NCBI GenBank assembly: GCA_038064975.1
Contig: JBBTRX010000002.1
Span: forward strand, 128,880-192,879
Direction of reading: 5' to 3'
DNA length: 64,000 bases
Source of the DNA: Patescibacteria group bacterium
Lineage (GTDB): Bacteria; Patescibacteriota; Minisyncoccia; UBA6257; 1-14-0-10-40-38
In this document: positions 1 through 9,630 of the stretch, piece by piece
Numbering within the stretch: the stretch's first letter is position 1
Layout of the letters: every line of letters begins with the position of its first letter
Made by a program: the position numbers and the translations under genes
Notes under the pieces: generated by a model
What the model was told of the DNA's origin: nothing
What the model saw: only the letters and a program-made list of their open reading frames with translations
The model's database searches: none

Positions 1-405
1 CTGATGGTATTCCATCGTCTTCCAGAGCGCCATAAGCGTATGAATATCTTTTGCCTCAAAAATAACCTTCTGCTTGCACCGCTCCGCTTCGTCCGCAAGA
101 ATATGATCCGAGTCTTCTAATAATAGTTGAGCAGCCTCACGCGTAGGAGCCGTGGAATACACCGTTCCACGGAAACCTTCTTTTACAATTTTTGGAAGCC
201 GCCCTGTATGGTCAATGTGCGCGTGCGTGGGGAAAATAGCCGCAACTCTGGTGACGTCGTATAAAAACGGACTCCAGTTTTCGTTTTCACAAAAACCGCC
301 GCCTTGTTCCAATCCGCAATCAATGAGAATCTCTGTTCCGCCAGACTCCAAAAGATAATTAGCTCCTGTAACTGATTTTGCTCCGCCGTGGAATGTTAGT
401 TTCAT
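1..405 (-). CDS. MBL-fold metallo-hydrolase (beta-CASP RNase-like), N-terminal part, runs off window
   Basis: Manual translation from ATG at 405: MKLTFHGGAKSVTGANYLL...LIDCG...THAHIDHTGRLP (HxHxDH motif). Confidence 0.85.
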   Translation of the reverse strand, partial: MKLTFHGGAKSVTGANYLLESGGTEILIDCGLEQGGGFCENENWSPFLYDVTRVAAIFPTHAHIDHTGRLPKIVKEGFRGTVYSTAPTREAAQLLLEDSDHILADEAERCKQKVIFEAKDIHTLMALWKTMEYHQ

Positions 406-479
406 TGCTGTAATAATTCCACTATACCAGGAAAAGAAGGAGAATTTACAATGTACAATTCTCAATTTTCAATAAATTC

Positions 480-654
480 AGGTGAGTAAAGTATTTGAAG
501 CAGATCATTCTTATAGCTTTTCAAACATTTTACGTCTAAGCGAGTCATATTGTTTCAAAAGGTCATTCTGATAGCCCTTCAAGTATTTCAAGTCCAAGCG
601 AGTCATATTGTTTGAAAGGGTCATTCTGATAGCCTTTCAAACAATATGGCGAGC
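480..654. repeat. Three tandem ~58-bp hairpin units (REP-like family)
   Basis: Each unit is A(A/G)G(C/T)GAGT-stem-RTCATTCTKATAG loop-stem; third unit has perfect 16-bp stem CATATTGTTTGAAAGG/CCTTTCAAACAATATG. Confidence 0.8.
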
Positions 655-685
655 GAAACCTTATCCATTGTCCATTGTTTATTGT

Positions 686-1912
686 TCATTCTTCCCGCGT
701 CTCATTAAGAGCAGAAAGTACGGTCTCTTTATCACTCCACGCAGTCTTTTCTCCCTTCGGTCCGTGAATCCACCGCTCGCTCCCCTTTCCGGTAATAATT
801 ACAGTACTTCCTCGTTTCGCGATCGTGATTGCATGACGTATCGCCTCACCACGATCTACGATTTTTAATGTTTCTACTTTTTTCCCTCCTTCGGGAACGT
901 ATCCTTGGGCAATACTTTCAATAATCGCCATAGGCGGTTCGTCATACGGATCTTCGTTCGTCGCGATAATAGTTGAACAATACGCTCCAGCAATCTTGCC
1001 GAATGCAGGGCGTTTCCATACGTCTCTTCCCCCGCCTGCGGAACCTAAGACACAAATCATTTTCTTCTTTCCATCGGGATTCAGATTTTCGTACACAGCG
1101 TGGAGGGCATCCGGGGTGTGCGCATAATCAACAATAACGCGAAACGGTTTTTCTTGAATCACTTCCATTCTGCCCGGAACTCCTTTGAACGCGAGAATTG
1201 CGGGATAGATAATGCCTTGCGGAATTCCAAATACTTCCGCAACTCTTGCCGCAGCGGATGCATCGTCCGCATTAAACGGGCGAGCAAGCCATTCGTTTTC
1301 TTTTAAGGCGCGCTGAGGAAGCTGACGAAGCAATTGCTCTCCACTGAAATAATGAACTTCACCTAAACCGTGCACGGCGCGGAGAAAAGTGTCGCGTTCC
1401 CCGTCATGCTGGTTCAAAATAAAATGTTTTGCGATTTTTTTTGAACGCGTCGCGATATCACGGAAAAATCTAACCTTCGCGTCCCGATATTTTTCATATG
1501 AACCGTGCGCCTCAATATGTTCCGGATGGAGATTTAAAAATACTCCGCAATCAAAATGGATAAATCGATGCCGGTATTGCAAAGCGCCTTGAGAAGTAAC
1601 TTCTAAAATCGCGACAGTGCACCGATCACGGACTGCATCACGTAAAAACTTTTGAATCATAAAGCGCCCGGGCATCGTGTTCTCGGTCGGGTTATCGCGT
1701 ACACTCTCCCCGATTTGCATATGAAGAGATGAAAGTGCTGCCGTCTTTTTTCCTGCCGCTTCAAAAATAGCTCGTAAAATTTCTACCGCCGTTGATTTGC
1801 CCTTCGTTCCCGTGACTCCGATAACAATGAGTCTCTTTGACGGGAAACCGTAAATAATATTGCCCAAGAACGCTAAAAGAAAATGGTACGTACGCCTTAT
1901 GAAATGCAACAT
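686..1912 (-). CDS. murE: Mur ligase, MurE-like UDP-N-acetylmuramyl-tripeptide synthetase
   Basis: GVTGTKGKST P-loop, LEVTSQG, NLHPEH, VPGRME, VDYAHTPD, ITGKGSE. Confidence 0.85.
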   Translation of the reverse strand: MLHFIRRTYHFLLAFLGNIIYGFPSKRLIVIGVTGTKGKSTAVEILRAIFEAAGKKTAALSSLHMQIGESVRDNPTENTMPGRFMIQKFLRDAVRDRCTVAILEVTSQGALQYRHRFIHFDCGVFLNLHPEHIEAHGSYEKYRDAKVRFFRDIATRSKKIAKHFILNQHDGERDTFLRAVHGLGEVHYFSGEQLLRQLPQRALKENEWLARPFNADDASAAARVAEVFGIPQGIIYPAILAFKGVPGRMEVIQEKPFRVIVDYAHTPDALHAVYENLNPDGKKKMICVLGSAGGGRDVWKRPAFGKIAGAYCSTIIATNEDPYDEPPMAIIESIAQGYVPEGGKKVETLKIVDRGEAIRHAITIAKRGSTVIITGKGSERWIHGPKGEKTAWSDKETVLSALNETREE

Positions 1913-2053
1913 GACAGTTATATTTTTTCTACTAATTTCTAAATACTAGTTTCTAGATTCTGTATCTTGTTATTGTATCACGTCAAAAAAAAGACCCCGC
2001 CTCCTGTCATATACAGGGGGCGAGGTATGAACGCTCCTTCCGAAGCTATGCGA

Positions 2054-2428
2054 CTACGCCACGCAGGCGACGTCCCATGTTGTCACGATCCGCTGAAGGA
2101 CCAGGTCTGCTCGACGCTTCTCGCGCGCCTTCCGTTGCTTGAGCCGAGCCTTGAGCTCTCTCTGAGTAAGGCACTTGAGACGCGTCTTGAGAGTAGATCG
2201 CAGTTCTTCTGGAACGCGACCCCAGAAGTTCGTCTCTTCCATGTTGTTTGACGAACTTTCGGCATCGGGTGCCTGGTTGTGGAAGCTCGCGAATTCTTCG
2301 CGAGATACCAAGCCATCACACACGCCATCTTCACAGCATGAGCCGTGATTTTGAAGCTCCAAGTCGAACTCGTGATCCTCCTCTGCGTCCTTTGCGCAGT
2401 AGTAAGACTCACTTTCGTTACCTTCCAA
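2054..2428 (-). CDS. Hypothetical protein, acidic/Cys-containing N-half and basic C-half
   Basis: TTG start with GGAGGAG RBS, upstream promoter and downstream hairpin (~1987-2030). Confidence 0.6.
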   Translation of the reverse strand: MEGNESESYYCAKDAEEDHEFDLELQNHGSCCEDGVCDGLVSREEFASFHNQAPDAESSSNNMEETNFWGRVPEELRSTLKTRLKCLTQRELKARLKQRKAREKRRADLVLQRIVTTWDVACVA

Positions 2429-2515
2429 AGAACTCCTCCGTTCTCCCGTGCGAGGGCACGGGACTCTCGTAGTGGTGAATGCTCACGACATCACTCGAGG
2501 CGATTCACTTCCACT

Positions 2516-2543
2516 ATTATACCCCAATCTACTATTTTTGCAA
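2516..2543 (-). promoter_or_regulatory. Sigma70-type promoter
   Basis: TTGCAA-16 bp-TATAAT on minus strand. Confidence 0.6.
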
Positions 2544-2676
2544 GCCCTCCTAACTTTTAGAAAGTTGGGGAGGCAAGCCCTCCCCAAAATAAAGTATTTA
2601 CAATACTCAATTTACAATTTTCAATATTCTCATCTCTTGCTTCTTATTCATCGTTTATTGTCCATTGTTTATTATT

Positions 2677-3252
2677 TTACCGCTTAGTATTTTTTAAGGC
2701 CTCACGAAGGCGAGCTTTGAATCCTTGCACCTCTTTAGGAACTCCTTGCAGAGCTTGTTTCGCGTCCGTGCGAGAATACCCTAAACTCACGAGTGTTTCT
2801 TCCAATTCCACGTCGGATTCCATAAGCGTCACCAAGTCCTGACTCTTTCCCCAATTCATTTTGCCCTTGAGTTCAAGCACGATGCGTTCGGCTGTTTTCT
2901 TTCCGATTCCGGATGCGCGTGTAATAAGCTCCGTATGCCCGTCGTTAATCGCCGCTATTAGTTGCTCAGTATTTGCGATACTCATCACACCGAGTGCGGA
3001 TTTTGGTCCCACACCGCTTACAGAATTTAATTGTTCAAAAAATTTAAGTTCCAACTCGGTTTGGAAACCAAAAAGCTGAAGAGCGTCTTCGCGAACATGA
3101 AGATGCGTAAAGAGTTTAACTTCCGATCCGGTTTCGGGAAGATTCGCGAGTGTGTGTGCGGAAATCGCGACGCGAAAACTTATGCCGCCCGTTTCAACGA
3201 CAATAAAATTCTCTCGCTTCGCCCGCAATGTGCCTTGAATACCGTAGAGCAT
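2677..3252 (-). CDS. ruvA: Holliday junction branch migration protein RuvA
   Basis: LFTHLHVREDA.QLFGF, VSGVGPKSAL, GIGKKTAERIVLELKGK, L.SLGY. Confidence 0.97.
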   Translation of the reverse strand: MLYGIQGTLRAKRENFIVVETGGISFRVAISAHTLANLPETGSEVKLFTHLHVREDALQLFGFQTELELKFFEQLNSVSGVGPKSALGVMSIANTEQLIAAINDGHTELITRASGIGKKTAERIVLELKGKMNWGKSQDLVTLMESDVELEETLVSLGYSRTDAKQALQGVPKEVQGFKARLREALKNTKR

Positions 3253-3338
3253 AAAAATAATAACTGATGAAAGTATAATGTATAACGTATAAGGTATAAA
3301 GCGGAGAGAAAACTAATGTGCTTCAGCGCAAAGAAAAA

Positions 3339-3383
3339 CCGCTCCGTGCGTTTGCCATTATTGGCATCGTGCACGGAGCGGGC
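3339..3383 (-). terminator. Intrinsic terminator
   Basis: CCGCTCCGTGC...GCACGGAGCGG stem followed by U-tract on minus strand. Confidence 0.65.
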
Positions 3384-3412
3384 TTGGGAAGAACGTTCAG
3401 GTGGTCAGGCGG

Positions 3413-3625
3413 TCAGGCGCTCGGGAGGTACGGAATGAGATCGAGCGCCTCGTCCGCGAGAGCGCCCACCTCTTCGTCGGTGAGACTCTCCAGGAAGACC
3501 GGGAGGCCTGCACGCCGGACGATCGCCTCGTTCACGGGACGCATGATCGCGACCGGCGTGAGAGACTGGATCGTATCCGCGAGAAGAACGCTGAGATTCG
3601 AGGTGATCGCGAGTGCTAGTAGCAT
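3413..3625 (-). CDS. Small hypothetical protein (70 aa)
   Basis: ATG at 3625 preceded by GGAGGAG; own promoter and terminator. Confidence 0.6.
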   Translation of the reverse strand: MLLALAITSNLSVLLADTIQSLTPVAIMRPVNEAIVRRAGLPVFLESLTDEEVGALADEALDLIPYLPSA

Positions 3626-3700
3626 GAGAAGCTCCTCCGAAAATAGGGTATTTGGCTTGTGAGCATAGTTGGGCCACTCACCCAACCGCTTGCTACCCTG

Positions 3701-3793
3701 ATTATAGCATAGTATATACCGATTTGTCAATACCCTAAACGAGCAGTGTATTAAGGGCTTTTCTTGACAAAACTATCAATAAATAGCTATAGT
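3701..3793. promoter_or_regulatory. Divergent sigma70 promoter pair
   Basis: Minus: TTGACA-18-TATAAT (3730-3701); plus: TTGACA-18-TATAGT (3764-3793). Confidence 0.7.
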
Positions 3794-3850
3794 GATTATC
3801 TAATCGTTCCGGATTAGCTACGTGCACCTTCAAAACCCCTATCGGAAGTA

Positions 3851-4498
3851 GTGATGCAAGACACAACCAGAGAAATCCGCAGATTAGCTCCGGATGACGA
3901 CGAAATACCTGAAGATTCACTAATGATAATGGAAAGAGTGGTTGCCGAGCTCTACGATGAAGTTGAAAGCGACGAAAGGGCATTCTCGGACCGCCTTCAT
4001 ATATACTTACTTGAACGTTTCGTACGATCGCGCGGCTCACGGAAAATATCCGCAAAAGAAGAGCTTTTCGGATATGATGATACCGCTCCAGAAAAAGAGC
4101 GGTGTATCGTATGCGCAAAGGAATTCCTGCCAAGGTTCTACACACTCATCGTAGAAGAGTCTAAGGGCATATGGATTAAGAAACCCAGCTCGGACGATCC
4201 CAGCAAATCAGTCCGCATCGGCAACTACCTTCTTTTTGAAAGAACGGTTGGACTTGATGTGGAAACCATAATTGTGGCGGCATGCGATTCTTGCATCGGA
4301 AGACTTCGGTGCAAAGATTTCAGAAACGGCATGCTCGTAGATCGACGGAAGAGGAACAAACGGCACACTATGACATATGCTGTAGCAAAGGCAAGAAAAG
4401 AAGAACGCGATGCGTTTATCCGCGCCACAAGAGAGCGCTTTGCCAGGATGGAACAAGCCGCGACGGCACGCATCCAGAGGTCGTTTACGAGAAGCTAG
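3851..4498 (+). CDS. Hypothetical protein with two CxxC pairs (paralog 1)
   Basis: CIVC and CDSC; shares SRG.RK, LFGYDDTAP.KE.C, GNY.LF blocks with next gene. Confidence 0.8.
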   Translation: MMQDTTREIRRLAPDDDEIPEDSLMIMERVVAELYDEVESDERAFSDRLHIYLLERFVRSRGSRKISAKEELFGYDDTAPEKERCIVCAKEFLPRFYTLIVEESKGIWIKKPSSDDPSKSVRIGNYLLFERTVGLDVETIIVAACDSCIGRLRCKDFRNGMLVDRRKRNKRHTMTYAVAKARKEERDAFIRATRERFARMEQAATARIQRSFTRS

Positions 4499-4635
4499 AT
4501 AGAAAATCACAACATTGCCGTAGATTTGGACCGCACACCCCGCACCTTACGCCCATAAGGTGCGGATTTTTATAAAGAACCATATTCATATATTGATCTG
4601 TCTCCAGTAACAATCTACGACTTTCAAGCCGAAGA

Positions 4636-4664
4636 TTGACATATATGAAAAGAGGATGTATAAT
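4636..4664 (+). promoter_or_regulatory. Consensus sigma70 promoter
   Basis: TTGACA-17 bp-TATAAT. Confidence 0.8.
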
Positions 4665-4735
4665 AGAACTTGTTAATCGTTCTGGACTTTCTGGATCGAT
4701 TATTCGCCCCTTTTCAACTCTTTTTGGAGACAAAA

Positions 4736-5437
4736 ATGTCTGCTCATCAGAACGGCAACGCCCGAACTAATAGTGAGTCCAAACCCCACTCCAAGTCCCC
4801 TCTCAAATCCTTGGACGTCATGGAAGAAGACGTCGCTGACCTCTATGCCGAGATTGGTATGGACGGCGGTTCGTTTGCAGGACAACAGGACCTTTTCTTG
4901 CTCGGGCATTTCGTGAAATCGCGCGGCGGAAGAAAGGTGGCAATGATAGACAATCTCTTTGGCTACGACGACACCGCTCCCGCCAAAGAGCAATGCCTCA
5001 TGTGTGAACGCGAATTCCAACCCCGGCGCTTTGCAATCATCATGCACGATGGAAGCGGCAACTGGGATGTCATGACCGACCGAGACGATTCCAGCAAGCT
5101 GATCTCCAAAGGCAACTACACCCTCTTCGTCAAATGGAGTCGGGTGCATCCGTTCCCCCCCGAAGAAGTCGTGATCGTGCCCGCATGCAATCCCTGCGCC
5201 GAGAAATTGCGCACGAAGAAGCTCGAGAACGGAAAACTCGTGGAGAGGACGGACGGCAAGAAGCGGCATCTCCTGACGTATGGCGCAGCCCTGGCCGAAA
5301 AGGCAAGATTGGAGGAGAATGCTCGTTCTGAGCAGTTGCGCCTCGAACACGAGAGGGCAGAAGCAGAAGCAGAAGCAGAATCGATGCGACGCGCCCAAGG
5401 AGCTCGCATCATAAACCTCTTCAACAAGAAGAAGTAG
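4736..5437 (+). CDS. Hypothetical protein with two CxxC pairs (paralog 2)
   Basis: ATG 4736 with GGAG RBS; CLMC and CNPC; clear similarity to 3851..4498. Confidence 0.8.
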   Translation: MSAHQNGNARTNSESKPHSKSPLKSLDVMEEDVADLYAEIGMDGGSFAGQQDLFLLGHFVKSRGGRKVAMIDNLFGYDDTAPAKEQCLMCEREFQPRRFAIIMHDGSGNWDVMTDRDDSSKLISKGNYTLFVKWSRVHPFPPEEVVIVPACNPCAEKLRTKKLENGKLVERTDGKKRHLLTYGAALAEKARLEENARSEQLRLEHERAEAEAEAESMRRAQGARIINLFNKKK

Positions 5438-5456
5438 GCTCGCCCACTCAACTACA

Positions 5457-5495
5457 CCCCGCATTTGCCACCAGGCAGGTGCGGGGCTTTTCTTT
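5457..5495 (+). terminator. Intrinsic terminator
   Basis: CCCCGCA...TGCGGGG plus T-tract; related hairpin after paralog 1 at ~4538-4572. Confidence 0.7.
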
Positions 5496-5546
5496 TGTTT
5501 AAAAACATAACTAATAAAAACCGACTCATGCGTTTGTATGAGCCGA

Positions 5547-5640
5547 TTACCTTATGACGCCATAAGTGAATGTTCTTTTCTCAAAACTACTCGCAGTTGC
5601 GATAGCAACGAGGACCTAGTTTTGAAAAAGAATATGAGCG
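5547..5640. repeat. REP-like hairpin repeat
   Basis: TTCTTTTCTCAAAACTA...TAGTTTTGAAAAAGAA stem; near-identical copy at 21845-21936. Confidence 0.8.
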
Positions 5641-5644
5641 AACG

Positions 5645-6697
5645 TTATTTTGCAAATGGATTCTTCGCGCCGTGCACTTCAAAGTGTAAGTGACAACTCG
5701 TCGGCCCGTTAGTATTTCCAGTATTTCCAACTTCAGCGATGAGCTGGCCTTTTTCAATATAATCGCCGATAGAAGCAATATTACTTTCCGTGTGCGCGTA
5801 CCGTGTGCGCGTACCGTTTGGATGTTCTATATCAACATATCCTCCATATCCCCCATTCCAATTATTAGGACTTCCCGTTTTAACAACCAATCCTTCAGCC
5901 GCGGCATAGATAGCAGTTCCACACGCGTTCGCGATATCAACCGCATTATTGGCATGGAGCTGTCCCCAATTCCATCCCGACGCTGGGAGCGTAAAGTATC
6001 CTTTCAAATCAGGAAGGTGCGCAGTCAAACTTGAACGTTCCTGCAAGCGACCTCCTGGAATAATGAGCTTCTCCCCTTCCATGATTGTTTCTGTCGCGAG
6101 CCGCGGATTTGCTTTTACAATCTCCTGCGGAGCAATGGAATAGAAGATCGCGATAGATTCAACACTTTCTCCAGCGGCAATTTCATGCAAAATGCCGGAT
6201 ACCGGAAGAATTGTGATCTCATCGCCCGGACGAATGACGTTTTTGCGCAACGTCGGATTTGCCCAGAGTAGCGTATTTAATGAAACACCATAACTTGCTC
6301 CAATATTGGAAAGCGTCTCTCCCTTCTGGACTTTATGGAGAATAATACCGTCGCGACGCGCGAAACGAGAATCCAAGGGATTTGCATGATGTACGAGTGC
6401 GGCACCGTCAAAAGCTCCGTATTCTTCGTCTTCCATAGTAAATACGTCAGCATGAACAGTATCAATCTCCGAAACCGCCTCCAGAAAGCCAAGATCATTA
6501 CTATTTTCCGAAGTTTCTTGAAGTGGTCCCCCGAAAACTGATGCTTGTGCGGAAAAAACTGCTTGCGACTCGCTTTGGAAAGCAAAGCCCAAGGTGATAA
6601 GGATAGTCCCAAAAAGGAAAACAACCGCTACTAGGGTTGTGGGATTAGCACGTTTTAGATTTTTGAGTATAGTACTAATACCCCAAAAGCATACCAT
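5645..6697 (-). CDS. LysM + M23 family peptidase (start uncertain)
   Basis: Two LysM repeats (HKVQKGETLSNIG, HEIAAGESVESIA); HxxxxD (HANNAVD), YAH, HLHFEV. Confidence 0.92.
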   Translation of the reverse strand: MVCFWGISTILKNLKRANPTTLVAVVFLFGTILITLGFAFQSESQAVFSAQASVFGGPLQETSENSNDLGFLEAVSEIDTVHADVFTMEDEEYGAFDGAALVHHANPLDSRFARRDGIILHKVQKGETLSNIGASYGVSLNTLLWANPTLRKNVIRPGDEITILPVSGILHEIAAGESVESIAIFYSIAPQEIVKANPRLATETIMEGEKLIIPGGRLQERSSLTAHLPDLKGYFTLPASGWNWGQLHANNAVDIANACGTAIYAAAEGLVVKTGSPNNWNGGYGGYVDIEHPNGTRTRYAHTESNIASIGDYIEKGQLIAEVGNTGNTNGPTSCHLHFEVHGAKNPFAK

Positions 6698-6706
6698 GAA
6701 CCCCAA

Positions 6707-8506
6707 ATGAACCTCAACCCCAACCAAGAGAAGGCAGTAAATCACGGAGAAGGCCCACTTCTTATCGTAGCTGGCGCCGGATCCGGAAAAACAAAGACAT
6801 TAACCGCCCGTGTACTCCGACTCATTGAACGCGGCGTCCCACCGGAGGCAATTATAGCGATAACCTTTACTAACAAGGCAGCGAAAGAAATGCGCGCCCG
6901 ACTTTTCGCCCATCCAGACTTCCCTAAGAAGGTTTTTACCGCCCTTGGTCCTGCTCCATTTGTAGGAACATTTCATTCGCTAGGCGCTCGCATCCTCCGC
7001 GAGGAAGGAAAAGCGCTCGGGAGATCTGGATCATTTTCTATCTTTGATTCCGATGACGCCTTGCGCGCGCTTCGCCACACACTCAAAGATATGAATCTGG
7101 ATGATGAGCAGTATCCACCCGCACGCATCATTCGCAGTATTGAAGCCGTCAAAAATAAACTTTTAGACCCGCAGGAATATTTCGATCCAAGAAAATATCG
7201 AGTATTCGCCGCATATGAAAACTATATTGCAAAAAATAATGCATTTGATTTTGGCGACCTTATCCAAAAAGTCGTAACACTTTTTGATACAAATCCGGAA
7301 ATCAAAAAGTGCTATAACGAACGTTACACGCATATTTTAGTTGACGAGTATCAGGACGTGAATCTTGCGCAGTACCGATTAGTAAAATTACTCGCAGGAG
7401 CGCGAGGCAACGTGAGCGTCGTGGGCGACGATGCGCAAGCAATCTACGGATGGCGCCACGCCGACTTTACGAACTTCCTTAATTTTGAAAAAGATTGGCC
7501 GACCGCTTCCGTGGTGACGCTGGAAGAAAACTATCGATCAACGGAAACCATTCTCACCGCAGCAAACGCGGTTATTAAAAATAATGCATTCCAAAAGCCT
7601 AAAAATTTGTGGACGAGCAAAGCCGGCGGGCCAATGATTGTTGTTGCATCCGCCCCAAATGCCGAAGAAGAATCGTACTGGATTACCGAACAGATTATTG
7701 AAACACTCCGTGCTATCCCGCGGGCAGAGCGAACACAGGACGGGATAGCTATCCTCTACCGCACGAACGCACAGTCCAGATCAATAGAATCTGCGCTCGT
7801 TTCCGCAGGTATTCCCTACCGCATCTTCGGCGGAGTAAAATTCTATGAACGTAAGGAAATTAAAGATATTATCGCGGGGCTCCGCATAGCAGCGAACCCG
7901 AACGATCTCGTAAGCCGCGAGCGCATTGAAAAAACATTTACCAAAAAAATAGGTGCAAGCGTCATTGAAGCACTCTCCGGACAATCCCCTCGTTTGAATA
8001 TTTTGGAACTTATCACGCTTTTCCTTTCGCGCGGAAAATATTTTGAACTGCTGGAAAAAAAATTTCCCAACCTTGAAGAGCGTAAAGAAAACGTCAATGA
8101 GCTTCTCGCTGGAGCGGCAGATTTTACTGAACTTCCAGCGTTTCTTGAGCACGCATCCCTCATGCAATCGGGAGACGCGGAAAATGAAAAAGCCGCCGGA
8201 GGTGCGAGCGTAAACCTGATGACCATTCATCTTGCGAAGGGATTGGAATTTGATACGGTCTTTATCGCCGGCGCAAACGAAGGGCTCATCCCCCATCAAA
8301 TGTCCTTCAAGACACGCGAAGAAATGGAAGAAGAGCGGCGGCTTATGTATGTCGCAATGACGCGTGCAAGAAAAAATCTCCGCATCTCGTTTTTCCATAT
8401 TCCGTCCAGATTCCTCTACGAAATACCGGCAGAACTTACGGAGTATAGAGATTTAGGAGGGAGATCTGGAGGACTCCCCGAAGAAGATATTGTTTATCTA
8501 GATTAA
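6707..8506 (+). CDS. pcrA: UvrD/PcrA SF1 DNA helicase
   Basis: AGAGSGKT, ITFTNKAA, VDEYQD, VGDDAQAIYGWR, LEENYRST, TIHLAKGLEF, EERRLMYVAMTRAR. Confidence 0.95.
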   Translation: MNLNPNQEKAVNHGEGPLLIVAGAGSGKTKTLTARVLRLIERGVPPEAIIAITFTNKAAKEMRARLFAHPDFPKKVFTALGPAPFVGTFHSLGARILREEGKALGRSGSFSIFDSDDALRALRHTLKDMNLDDEQYPPARIIRSIEAVKNKLLDPQEYFDPRKYRVFAAYENYIAKNNAFDFGDLIQKVVTLFDTNPEIKKCYNERYTHILVDEYQDVNLAQYRLVKLLAGARGNVSVVGDDAQAIYGWRHADFTNFLNFEKDWPTASVVTLEENYRSTETILTAANAVIKNNAFQKPKNLWTSKAGGPMIVVASAPNAEEESYWITEQIIETLRAIPRAERTQDGIAILYRTNAQSRSIESALVSAGIPYRIFGGVKFYERKEIKDIIAGLRIAANPNDLVSRERIEKTFTKKIGASVIEALSGQSPRLNILELITLFLSRGKYFELLEKKFPNLEERKENVNELLAGAADFTELPAFLEHASLMQSGDAENEKAAGGASVNLMTIHLAKGLEFDTVFIAGANEGLIPHQMSFKTREEMEEERRLMYVAMTRARKNLRISFFHIPSRFLYEIPAELTEYRDLGGRSGGLPEEDIVYLD

Positions 8507-8513
8507 AAAAGAA

Positions 8514-8548
8514 AATAAAAAACGAAGAATTTTTCTTCGTTTTTTATT
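8514..8548. terminator. Bidirectional terminator
   Basis: AATAAAAAACGAAGAA/TTCTTCGTTTTTTATT inverted repeat between convergent genes. Confidence 0.7.
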
Positions 8549-8689
8549 ACCTTACGACACTATAAGTGAGTATTCTTTTCCCAAAACTAATCGTAATCTA
8601 AGCGAGTACACTCTTTAAAAAGGTCATTCTTATAGCTTTTTTAAGAGTGTACGAGCAGCTCTTATAGCTTTTTGAAAAGAATGCAAGCG
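8547..8689. repeat. Composite/nested REP-like hairpin repeat
   Basis: Left half of the 5547-type unit, then a full GTCATTCTTATAG-loop unit with a different stem, then a right half. Confidence 0.75.
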
Positions 8690-8694
8690 ACTAT

Positions 8695-9531
8695 TCATCC
8701 GCATCCGCAAATAAAAGTTGTTTGATCAAAAATCGCAGGACGCCCTAAGCATATCAAGTTTAAGCATCCAATAGGAACACCGACAACAGAGCAAGCGCAA
8801 CACGGCGCAACAAGATTAATACCAAACGGAATCGTTGGATCTCCAGACATAAAACAGGTCTGAGCATTCGCCTCGCTCACAAACGCTCCCGCGAGCGCTG
8901 AGCCAAACTCAGTGAAAATCCCAAGAGGATTTTTCAGCTCAAAATTGGATGGCACGCTTGCCTGCCCTCGTAGAATCACGGCTTCTTGAAGATGAAGCGC
9001 TCGCACGATTCCTATTCCCTGCAAGAATCCTGGGCGATCGTTTTCCGTGACAATCCCCTTTTCCCGCAAAAATTCAAACGTTTTTCCACCCCAAAACCCG
9101 AGAACTTTATCTTCATTATCAAAAACTTTCTTCTCCGCGACGGTAAGTACCCCCTCTTCTACCATAATATTCTGCAATGTATTCAAGGCAGAAAGATATT
9201 CCAGCGGATGCTGGATAGAAAAAATCTCAGCGTCAGTGGCATTCGTTGCGATAAGAGGACCAAGAAGCGCGTTGGGGTCGATCTTTGGGATTTTCGTCGT
9301 GTATTTATTTTCAGGAACAGTTTTTTGCGGATCGTTTACTTCTGTATTGCGATTACCGAAAAAAAGAGAGAATTCTTTTCCTTGTGGAATGTATGAATAT
9401 ATTTCTTTTTTTGTTTCTTCCACGCGAACAACGGGTGTCTCGCTTTGCTTTTCATTATTCCAAAGCAACACCACGAAAACCAATCCCAAAGTAAGAACTG
9501 TAGTAAAAATGGTTGCGAGAGTTATCTTCAT
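8695..9531 (-). CDS. Membrane-anchored protein with Cys-rich C-terminal domain
   Basis: N-terminal TM helix; last ~55 aa contain 8 Cys. Confidence 0.75.
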   Translation of the reverse strand: MKITLATIFTTVLTLGLVFVVLLWNNEKQSETPVVRVEETKKEIYSYIPQGKEFSLFFGNRNTEVNDPQKTVPENKYTTKIPKIDPNALLGPLIATNATDAEIFSIQHPLEYLSALNTLQNIMVEEGVLTVAEKKVFDNEDKVLGFWGGKTFEFLREKGIVTENDRPGFLQGIGIVRALHLQEAVILRGQASVPSNFELKNPLGIFTEFGSALAGAFVSEANAQTCFMSGDPTIPFGINLVAPCCACSVVGVPIGCLNLICLGRPAIFDQTTFICGCG

Positions 9532-9630
9532 AGCACAATAGACAATAAACAATAGACAATGAATAATGAGGGATAAATAACCCCTTTCGCATCATTCGCA
9601 TTATACATTTCGCATCGGCATCATACAAAC

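Noticed and set aside
480-654. CRISPR array
   Set aside because: Units are whole hairpins without unique spacers, only three copies, and no cas genes in the window.
3626-3730. N-terminal extension of ORF 3413..3730
   Set aside because: The TTG start is the -35 box of the promoter; the RBS supports ATG at 3625.
4700-5464. 254-aa minus-strand ORF
   Set aside because: Antisense shadow of the paralog-supported plus-strand gene.
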